Assembly (NCBI GenBank): GCA_032718475.1
Contig: JAUCBJ010008121.1
Coordinates: 45,068 to 109,067 of the forward strand
DNA: 64,000 bases
Direction of reading: 5' to 3'
Source: Nemertoderma westbladi
Taxonomy: Eukaryota > Animalia > Xenacoelomorpha
Made by a program: the position numbers and the translations under genes. The notes below the pieces were generated by a model, which was given only the letters and a program-made list of their open reading frames with translations, made no database searches and was not told where the DNA came from. Of the stretch, positions 1 to 10,700 are shown one piece after another; positions within the stretch are counted from its first letter, which is position 1, and every line of letters starts with the position of its first letter.

Positions 1-377
1 GGCCGGCCCCGTTGCAAGACGTGTCCATCCATCCTAGACAAACCTTGCACCCCGTGGGGGGTCAAGATCAGTGGTTCTTTCGATTGTACATCCCACAACG
101 TACTGTACATATTGTCGTGTTCTGACCATCCGCACAACTTCTATTTAGGACAGACAGAACAGACAATACGCGACAGACTAACCAAGCACAGATCAGCGAT
201 CCGAAATTTCAGGAAGGAACTCGAACCCGATTTGGACAGCACCCCGGAGTATGTTCTCCTGCAACATTTCTCCACTTGCCCCATCGACAGTATTAGGATC
301 ACCGCCTTTCGCAAGTTCCACAATGACATAGACAGGATCCACGCTGAATCCGTACACATCAACAAATACAGACCCCC
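1..377 (+). mobile_element. 3' coding part of a Penelope-like retroelement (Cys linker plus GIY-YIG endonuclease), truncated by an LTR
   Basis: The frame is open from base 1: GRPRCKTC...FDCTSHNVLYILSC...FYLGQTEQTIRDRLTKHRS...AESVHINKYRPP. This is the Cys-rich linker and GIY-YIG-like motif of PLEs (Neptune-like). The tail of ORF 112..438 is read-through into the LTR that starts at 378. Confidence 0.85.
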
Positions 378-1543
378 TGTTTGCGCTTTTAAGACCTTTG
401 ACAGTTTAACCTGCCAAATTAGGATGTCTTTTAGATGATATATAGTCTTTAGCCTATGACGAGTATTTGATACACTACATTAGCCGAAGCCAGTCTATGC
501 GCAATCATTCACCCGCTGGATATACCCGGGAGATTGAATTCGGAAGCTTAATGATTGATGGTGTAAGCCTACTGTATTATTCGACTGATCGTAATATATA
601 ATCTCTGACAAATATTATTCACTTTCGGGAAATATTAACAGTTCCTTTAGGACGTGGCGCTCTATCTATGTAAACAGAGTTATGACTTAAACCAGACACA
701 ACGAAAAGGCTATAGATTCACGTATATGGCGCATTCTTTAGGAGATGCTTTGTTATCAGTCACAATCATACACAATGCTGCACAATGCTGCACACCAATC
801 TGCCGACCTTCACTAATTTTAGTCACATACAAAGAGAATAACAGACAATACATGTAGGGCCTATAAAATAGCATTAGATTCACTTCAAACCACTTAACAT
901 AGGTCGCAATCGTTTATCTGTAACCGGTCTCTCTAACCTTTAGTATATCAAGAAGGTTGGGTGTCTGACTATTGATCAGTATTCCAAATATAATCTTCCA
1001 TCAACAAATATAATGAATAACCGACAGCAAAAGCAGTAATGTTAAGTAAGATATGCATGATATGTTTAGTAAGCATTGATAAGGTAACTCGTTAACTCGA
1101 TAACAGATATACGTTCTATAATTAAGCCTACTAATGTAAGACTAAAGACTGAAACACGGAGGTGCCAAAAGCCGGTGTTCTTAGGCTCTGGGCAAAAACA
1201 TAACACAGAATTCCTGAGTTTCTGTATCCACCTCCAACACAGAGACAAAAAACGCTCTGATTGGTCGACCGAACAACGAGAGAACAAAGAAACAAAGAAA
1301 TGTCGACGTGGCAATATCAGCTGTTAGCCGTCGTCATGGTAGCGACACTGTTTTCAAGAGTATCGAGCTTATTGCGTCCCGAAATTGCGGATTATGTCCT
1401 CTAAAGTACAAATACAGAAGAAATGGCTTTTATGTCCTCTAAAACACCAGTACAGTAAGGACACGGCATTTTTATGCCCAGTAAACCAACTACAGAGTAC
1501 TTTACGGGGAAAATAACCGGCTAATTACGCAAAAGCTTTTACA
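378..1543 (-). repeat. 3' LTR of Bel/Pao copy 1
   Basis: Reads TGTAAAAGCTTTTGCG...GCGCAAACA on the minus strand. Homologous to 21833-23011 and 60122-61227, and preceded by the PPT (1544-1551). Confidence 0.93.
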
Positions 1544-1569
1544 CCGCTCCCAGAAAATGGGATTTAAGT

Positions 1570-3142
1570 CTATAAAATATAACAAATCACAGTTTCTAAA
1601 ATATAAAGATACTCTAAACAGTTAGTCTTTCTTACGCAGACGGCGTTTACGCAGTTTTTTGAGGCTAGCAAGAGTCCTTCTCTCTCTGGGGCGAGCCACT
1701 TTACTAGGGGGGCTATAAATCCTGGGTGAAGGGTGCAATATGATTGCATCAAAAGGTGTAGGACTATGGTCGGGGTATCCGCCGTTTCGATATGCTTCTC
1801 CTCGAGCTGATTTTCCTCCGCTCGTAGCTGGATACGTCCATCCAAAACTCTCGCAGAGAATGGGGGTTGTCTAAGTTCGATATCTTCTTAGAGATTCTGG
1901 ATTTCACAATCGAACTGAGATAAAGACAATTCGTTTATCGCTTGGACTTGCTGTTACAACTTACGTTTATCTGAACAAACGCAGGTTTCCTTTCTGATCT
2001 TTGTAGAATAGCGTTTAACTCGTTTGGTACAACGCTCTCCGCCACTTTGGTGACAGGTTATATCGTGTTAAGCCGGGACGATGGTAAGGGTTAAACGGCG
2101 ATATTAAATGTCCGCGTCCCAATCCGGCTAGGTAGAATGGGCTAATATCTAGGAAGCCCACAACTAGGGTGCCACCGACTAATTGTTCAGGTAACCCTAG
2201 ATCTTTGAGCAGTGAGTACAGCTCGGGAGGATCCGTCATACTAATAGGATCAAGAGTCTGAAGTCTCACTAGGGAATGAGGAGTTCTGATCGAGTATTCC
2301 GAAACTCTGATCATTGGTTTATTTAAGGATCGTCTGAGTCGAACGAGCGTAGGTGATACATCGAACAAGTTTCGCTCGAAACTCCCGTAAGTATAGCGAG
2401 TAAAACCGTGTTTAAAGCAACGTCTCCGCGGATGTTTATGTCTTTCCGTTTGTTGGTTGGGTCTTGGGCATTCATCGCAATAATACCAAAAACGCACGTC
2501 TTGTAGGGGAAACGCGAGTGATCTTTCTCCAGCTTACAATATTCCTCCATCCGTTCGAAGCTATCCGGTACAACAGGTAGCGATCGATCGGCGGTAAGAT
2601 ACATCATAGTGGAATAGAGCCGTTTGAGTCCTACCATGCGGTCATGATGTATACCTTGAGGATATCGAGTTTCTAGATTCTGTTGACTGGTAATATCGAG
2701 ATAGGTTTCTCTCAAGAATTCCAGGTATTTGGTGAAGTCGCTGCATTTATCCGGCTCTTCGACATCTGCACTTTCGAGTCGGTTTCGAATAGAATTTTCG
2801 TGTTCGAGTCTCAGTTTATCGTTCCGCTTCCGCTGGGTATGATATTTAAATAAACCATTTCCCTTTGGTGTCTATATCGTTCGTATCGTGTAGGTCGATA
2901 GGATGACCAGTAGTTAAGAAGTCCATATACGTACCATTACGATGCGTATAGCGAGCGGTGAATTTTCTACAGTCTAACCCACGCGCAAGTTGCTCCCGGG
3001 ACATTGGCGGTTAGATATAACGACCATCGTCCTCCGTAGTAGTTGGACCAGCGTCGCCGCGTATCAAGCTATCAACAAACGCTTGTAAAGGTAGAGTATA
3101 TCGTTCCCTGATACCAAGATCATCTTCTATCAACTCAATCAT
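1570..3142 (-). pseudogene. Accessory coding region between pol and the 3' LTR (fragmented ORFs, unknown product), copy 1
   Basis: ORFs 2323..2715, 2015..2497 and 1570..1845 match ORFs 58674..59357, 59183..59665 and 59820..60095 of copy 2. The first ORF is frameshifted near 2850 in this copy. Confidence 0.55.
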
Positions 3143-3974
3143 ATCTGCTATATAAGTTTATCCATATTATAATGAGTTTATATTTAGGCGAGCGGGCGTC
3201 GCTGCCTACCCCTCTCTGCCCCCGGACAGTGCGAGATCCTCAGCGCTGGTGTACTTTCGCCGATGTGCCTATCGCCAACGTCGTAGCTGCACAACGACTA
3301 CAACAACCAGCACGAGCCACTCCACCGTCCGTCCCAAAGGCTTAGATATACTTCAGGTTCTTACTGGAGAGTTAGGGTTACTTTCACAATTGCGACTCGC
3401 TACTGTAAACACACTTTAGTAGTAACATTCACCTACAAACGCACAAATTCCACGTAACAGTCACAAATGGTACACATTCTATCACACATTCGGGTCATTT
3501 GTCCGTTAGTCAAGTGCCTTCCAGAATGTCACGTTGTTATTATGTATCCTTGGATACTAGCGGTGTGCTATTTATTCCGTATGCTATTCAATACGCAAGC
3601 CCTTTATTGTTCTTTTAACTCACTTCTAATTCTAGCGTAGTTGTTGCCATGGTGACATTATGGAAAGCTAGCGGTAGAATTAGGGTAACTCTCATGCATA
3701 CAGATCTGGGATGCTATTTAATAGTAATTCTTTAATGGTCAATATCCCCTTTATACATGATTCTATGAATTTTATCGGCTATTGACTATACATTGGAGAT
3801 TCTCACACACAAATACACTTAATATAGTGAATCTCCGCTCCCATGATCTATTAATTAATGGAATTTTGGGAATGTTATAAATTGCATAAAATTGCAATTT
3901 ATTAAATTCATTAAAGTATGAATTTAAATTTATTCCCTGAAATTTTATTATTTGATAGTTAAATTGACACAATT

Positions 3975-4250
3975 TGATTCCAGAGCAGGTCTGGGGACAT
4001 AGGATCCTTAATTCTATGAAAATTGTCTTTTAAGAGTATCGGTAAGTGCTACGATTACTGACCGACTAGAATGGTTAAAGGATCTGAATTTTACAGATTT
4101 TGATTTATAGATTTGTAAATATTAAATAATTAATATTTGAGGATGGGCACCAGTTTATTCCAGAACTTGTCTGGGGACGTTAACCACTGATTCTAGAATT
4201 TTGTCTTTCAAGTATATCGGTGGGTGCCGCGATATCTTAATCGACTAGAA
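3975..4250. repeat. Imperfect tandem duplication in the Bel/Pao post-pol spacer
   Basis: The block ATTCCAGA..GTCTGGGGAC...GTATCGGT..GTGC...CGACTAGAAT occurs twice. The same duplication is present in copy 2 (about 57455-57715). Confidence 0.65.
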
Positions 4251-4797
4251 TTGCAGATGGTCAAAGGGTTTAACAGATTTATTTTGCGTTATACGCTACT
4301 GTTAAAGGGACATCACGCTACTATATGTATTATTTAATATACGGTATGAGAGCAATATCGCACGAAGCAATGTCAGTGTGAAGAGGCAAGTCGTTTCCAA
4401 GGTCTACCCAGAGCTTGGTTTAGCCGAGACACGAGGATCTGAACTTTGCATTCCTAATACTCTGCCTACCAATAATACTTGAATATAGTAGTGGCTTTAT
4501 TGTACTTTAATAAGTACGGACATTTCATCTTACTGTAGTTACGTATTTATAATATAATACGGACAGTAAGGAAAGAGAAAAAACACTTGTTTCTCACCGT
4601 CACACTAAATATAATATAAGTAATTACGTACGCAATAAACACGAACATATTGCACTATTCTACTAAATAATCGCTAAATAATATTCTACTAAATTAAATA
4701 AAACGATTATAATAAAATTACATAGTAATACATACATAAATATAAAAATAATAAAATAATATAAAATAATAGAGTCACACGCCCACTCCGAACGATA

Positions 4798-7700
4798 TTA
4801 AGTTGGGGAGTCCCTAGATGTCGGTTGGATTAGGGAAGTGGTCGTGGGAAGAGTTTCTTGCCTTCCATAGTTTCCGGAGAGCTCTCTGTCTCTTTCCAGT
4901 AAACATAAACGACCCACTGGGCGGTTGAGCTGTTGAGTCTCAAAGACTATCCCTGGTTTCTTAAAGTTACGCCGCATGACGACGAGTTCTACTGATCTCA
5001 CCAAACCATCGCTCGAGATATAAGTCTCGATGATACGTCCTGTTTGCCATCGCTTACGTGGGAGATCGGGGTCCACAATAAGCACCATGTCTCCAGCGCT
5101 GACGTTTTCTTGCTGCGCAAACCACTTAGTTCGAAGTTGTAGAGTGGGCAAGTAATGTTTCTCGAAATGGTCAGCGAAACGACGGGATAGCAACTGCATA
5201 AGTTGCCAGGTTCGACGGCAGTACTCGTCTCCGTCTGTGATCTCCGATCGTGGGAGCATGGCTACGGGTTTCTTCAGTAGAAAGTGCGCGGGTGTTAGCG
5301 CTTCCAGGGAATCAGGACTTGAAGAGACTGGCATAAGCGGTCTTTCGTTGAGATAAGCGGCGATTTCCTCCATTAACGTCCGCAATAGTTCGTCGGTGAG
5401 ATAAGCGCGACAAGGTACAATAAAGTGGAACGCAGTCTTCACGCTCCTAATCAATCTCTCCCAACTTCCTCCCCACCAAGGGGCGTCGGCGGCGTTGAAG
5501 GTCCAGCTAGATGCTGTTATCTTTAGCTGATCGTCCACCTGTCTCTTGTTCCAGTCCTTTACGTAAGCTTGAATTTCGTTGTTGGCGCCAATGAAGTTCG
5601 TTCCCTTATCCGATCTCATCGTGTTACTGGTTCCGAAACGAGCGATCTGTCGTCGTAGACTCAACACGAAGCTGTTGGTGGATAGATCGTTTACCATATC
5701 GAGATGGATAGCTCTACAAGTCATACAAACGAAGATGACACACCATCTCTTGACTATAGTCCGGGCACGATATACTTCAATAGGGCCAAATAAATCCACA
5801 CCGGTATTAGTAAAAGGTGGTTCATAGAAGCTTACTCTTTCCCTAGGTAATTCTGCCTCTCGCTGTGTCAAAGGCCTACTGAATGCTTTCCTACAGGGTA
5901 TGCAGTTCCTAAGGACTTGGTTCAGAGCCCTACGGGGTTTATAAAAATAGAAGCGAGTTCGAATTTCGCTCAGAACTCGTTCTCTTCCAGCATGATACAG
6001 TTTGCTATGAACATCTACAATCATCTTGATTTGTATGTCAAGATTTCTAATGAGTATGGGAAATTTAGTGTCAAAGGATAATGGGGCGTTGGTAAGCCTA
6101 CCTCCAACACGTATTAACCCATCTATCATGGTACTAGAGAAGCGATCCCTTAAGCGCATCTGCGGATTTCTTAACAACAGGAAATACTTATCGGAATCCT
6201 CATAGCATTGTAGGAGTCTTAGCATCTGTTTGTTGGTTTCATCATGCTCCTGGTAACTGATCTTCTCCTTTAGAAACCTGTCGGATATCTTGTATTTGGG
6301 AAGATCTTTAACAACATGGACTCGTGCAGACGTTGATGGAGCATCATCACTATTGGTCTTTGTCCCGGAGTAACGATGATGAAAACATCGTTTTAAATAG
6401 GTGACGGCTTTACAGAGCCGATTCCAGGAGCTGTAGTGACGTATCGCTCTCTGCAAGAGGGGTGAGAGTCCTTGCGCGATATCTGGTATTCCAGATTTCC
6501 AATCCTTGTCACGGATTTCCAAGACTTCTTTAGTCGTGGCGGTGGGTTTCTGATCCAAAGCATCCTCTCCGGAAGTAAATAATACAGATAGATCAACCGC
6601 AGGTTTAAACAACTTCGATTTACTCGCTCGAGTTTTGGGTTTAACTTTCTCCGCTCCCTTGGCCTGTCTGATCTCTGCTGTTGTGAGATGGGGAGGCCAT
6701 TCTTCTTCTTCTCGGTAGAGAAAGTCGGGTCCACCTAACCATTCGGGAGTATTTACCAATTCCTTTGGAGTCGCTCCTCGGGAAGCGATGTCTGCTGGAT
6801 TAATCGTTCCGGGGCAATGTCTCCATTGGTCCATCGTCGTGCGACTAAGTATGATGGCTACTCTGTTGGTAACGAAGACGCTAAACTGACAGACTTCATT
6901 GGTTATATACTCTAACACGAGTAAAGCGTCGGTCCAATAGACAGTTTTCTCTAATGGATAGTCAATCTGTTCTGTTACATTCCGGCCGATGGCTGTAGCG
7001 TATAGAGCCGCTTTTAACTCCGCTCGAGGAACTTTCAACTTGTTGTTGATTAATGCCTTAGAAGTAACCAAGGCGACTTTGATTCCATCCGGAGTTTCCA
7101 CTCTTAGATAGGCTACTATACCTATTCCCATATCGCTGGCGTCTCCAAACACATGGAGTTGATAGGAATACGTAGGGAGAACATGACCAAAATATGAACG
7201 GGAAATTATAAAATCCTCGATAGCCGGCAGAGAATCTTCCCATTTCATCCACTTCTTTAATAATTCTCCCTTAAGTGGATCGTCCCATGAGTGGTTTTCA
7301 AGCCACATTTGTTGTACCAAACTACGAGCAATCAATATAACTGGGCTAATAAATCCCAATGGATCGAAATAAGTGCTCAGTATACTTAAGCAAATCTGTT
7401 TGGTTCGAACTGGATTATCTCGCTGTTTTAGCTGGAAAAACAGGATATCTCGCTCTGTGTCCCATTTCAAGCCGAGTGTCTTGGTTTCTGGCAGATCATC
7501 TTTGATCAAATCTAGATCTTTCGCCCCTCGATCTTCCGCAGGGATCGACTCCAGAAACTCACGGGAGTTGCTGGTGAATTTCGTTAATCGAAACCCACCT
7601 CTTTTTAAGCACTCTACCGTTCCTTTAGCGACCTCAATGGCTTCCTCAACTGATGGAAGGGACTTCAGATTGTCGTCCATGTATATGTCCCGCTTGATGT

Positions 7701-10700
7701 TGTCGATCACTTCCTTAGAGAAGGCCTCTCGGTTGTCCTCTGCAGTGGCACGCACTACCGAACAGGCGTTGGAAGGGCTTGAGATTATCCCAAAGGCCTG
7801 GATGGTCATCCAGTACTCCACCGGTTTCTGGTTGAGGTCTCCTTCGGGCCACCACAGAAATCGTAGACTATCTCGATCCCTATCTAACACTTTGACTTGT
7901 AAGAACATGCCTTCTATATCGGAGGCGAAAGCAATCGAATATTGTCTCAATCTTAAAAGAATTCCCAACAAAGATTGAAGTAAGTTGGGTCCGGGTAACA
8001 ATTCAGAGTTAAGGGATTGACCCATGTAAAGAGCGGAGCCATCAAACACTACTCTCACTTCATGTGGTTTACCGGGTTTAGGAACGTAATGGTGAGTTAA
8101 GTAATACGTTCTTTCAGTCACAGGTGTTTCTTCCGGTACTTTCTCCGCGTATCCCTTACTAATAAATTTCTCCAGCTGTGTTTGATACATTTCTTTAGCT
8201 GAAGAATTAGCCGTAAGGCGTCGATGGAGTTGCGCGATTCTTTTTTCCGCCAAGGGTCTGTTATTGATGAACTTCGGTTCTCTCTTGCGGAAAGGTAGAC
8301 CGACTTCATACCTACCTTGATCTTTGAGGAAACGTGTAGTTGTCTCTTGGATCTGCTTGGCCCTTTCCTCTTCCACCGACAAGGCTTTATCGTAGGAATT
8401 GGGCTCTACCGCCTCTTGCAAAAAGAATCGTACGGCATGTTCATCTCGAGTCTTGGCATTACAACGCTCAATGACGTCATTTAACTCGTCGTTATAAGCT
8501 TCTCGTTCAGATGGATAAAGAAGTTGACATAAGTTCACTTGGTTTTGCCAAGCCTCGTTTTCCTTAAGGAGATCGATGGTATTCTCCTCATCAAAAAGCT
8601 GGTGAACGTTGTCGTTATCTGAGGAGTATGGGGTTCCCTCAGTTAAATCGTCTCCCTCACTAGCATCATCTTCCCATTCACTCACCTGGCAGACGCGCTC
8701 TTGCGGTAGTCTTTCTCTGAGTGTTCTACGGGAAGGGCCAGTAAAGTACCAACCTACTCTAGTTCTTACCGCATAGGTCTGTAGTGGCTGCGGTTGAGCA
8801 GGCCGTTTCTCTAATGTCTCCAGCGCCTCATGCGCGTTTTGGCCCATGAGTATTTGCACTCCAGGATAATCAGTCTGGAATCGAGGTATGTTAAGATGTT
8901 GGATGCTCTCATCCTCGTCCCAATTATAAAGGTCTGCTTGAGTAGTAGCGAAGTTCTTTATAGCCACCATTTTCACTGACCTTATGCTATGTTCTCCTAG
9001 TTCGTCCTGTGGGGTGGACAGCGCGCCTACATAATAATCAGCTGTTACTGTAGATTTCCAAACTTGCATAATGCCGGACATGTTTAGCTTAGTTCGGAAC
9101 TTGGGTTGTCCAGCAAATATGTCTTCGGCTAGTTCTTTATCAATGAATGTTCCTGTGCTGCCGGAGTCCAGGAGGGCGTTCACTATATAGCTCTTCTGAG
9201 GTCCATGGACCCGTAACTGGACTACAGGAAATTCACGGATTCCTACATCGGAAGTTGGTGCTTTCCACAATGGTTGTCGATCAGAAGTAGTTAGAGTGAA
9301 GTCGCTATCTGTATCTTTTTCATATGTGAGTGCTCGATACACTGCGGTATTTATCATGTAACAGGATTCGTTTTCGTCGGAGAACTCGTCCGTATAGAAT
9401 CCTTCCATCTCAGATTGATCAGTGTCGTTCACATCACTGAATTGGACATGTAGTTCGGAATCACTTACCTGATTAGGACTATTTCGATCGAATTCAGCGT
9501 GCAACAAGATATGATGTTTCGCACCACACTTTGCACACCTTATGTCAGAGTAACAGGTTCGCCGTTGGTGTCCTTGTCTGAGGCAATTATAACATAACCG
9601 CTTATCCCACATGACTTCTCGTCTCTCAGTTAATGATTTCTTCAGGAATTCATCACACATATTGAAACGGTGGGTCCCGTCACACAGCGCACATTTCGGT
9701 TTGATGTTACTCACCTTACTCTGAGTCACATTGTGTACACTTGCCCTTTCTTCGGGCTTTCTCACCTGAATTCTCGTGGGAGACGTAGGAGGAGTTTTTC
9801 TTACCTGTTCTCTCCTGTCATTTGTTCGAGACTTGAATTTACTTACCTGATCTTTAGGCATTTTATTTACGTAATAAGATCTATCAGTGTCTTTCCCGCT
9901 ATCTTCTCCTTGAGAAGTCTGGCTTTCGCCGTCGTCTGTATAACACACTGGTGTTACCTTTCTCCTAGAGACGGGTTTTTCACTTACCTTGTTTTCCGGT
10001 GTCTTCTCCCTGGACAGTTTCAGGAGCTGTAATTTCACTTCTCCATCTAGGAATGACATGAGATCAGCCATGGTAGGGTCTCGTCGTTGTTGTTCCATCA
10101 TATATAACACTTTCTTATCCCAGCGTGTACCTACTCCACCCTTCGGTAAAGTAGAAGCCACTGCTCTTATAACCATAGTATTCTGATACTCATGAGACTT
10201 ACCTAGCCAATCTAATTGTCTGCAGATCTCCTGAATCTCATCGGAAAACTCTATAATTCCGCTACTAATAAACTTTCGGGGCGCTACCAACTTTGCATAC
10301 AAATACCCAGCTATGTTATTCCTATTACCATACCTGATGTTTAGTGTATCCCAAACTTGTCTTAATCCGTCTGGATGTCCAATAAACTTTAACGCCATTA
10401 ACTTGGGAGATCCTTCCAAGCACTCGATGAGGAATCTAAGTTTCTCTCCATTAGATAGCACAGAGTTCTGTATGTTATCTTTGTAATATTCATTAAAAGG
10501 TAACCATTTCATCTCATCTCCATTGAACTTGACGATCTCTCCCACCTTTACCGCTTGCCGGGCTTCGGTTCTAGCCATTTGACGCGTAAAACTTTCTTGG
10601 GACATCGTGTTATTTAATATCGAGTTATCGGTATATAAATTTCTCGGATTATGATCCGGTCTATAGGGAATATCATTATCAACAGGTCTATAATTACCCT

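Noticed and set aside
1066-1314. ORFs inside the LTRs (also 22374..22772 and 654..857)
   Set aside because: They are shared only because the LTRs are repeats. Frames differ between the two LTRs and are absent from the copy-2 LTR.
7373-7978. 201-217 aa antisense ORF present in both Bel/Pao copies (also 53673..54326)
   Set aside because: It is the mirror frame of the conserved RT region and has no independent motif.
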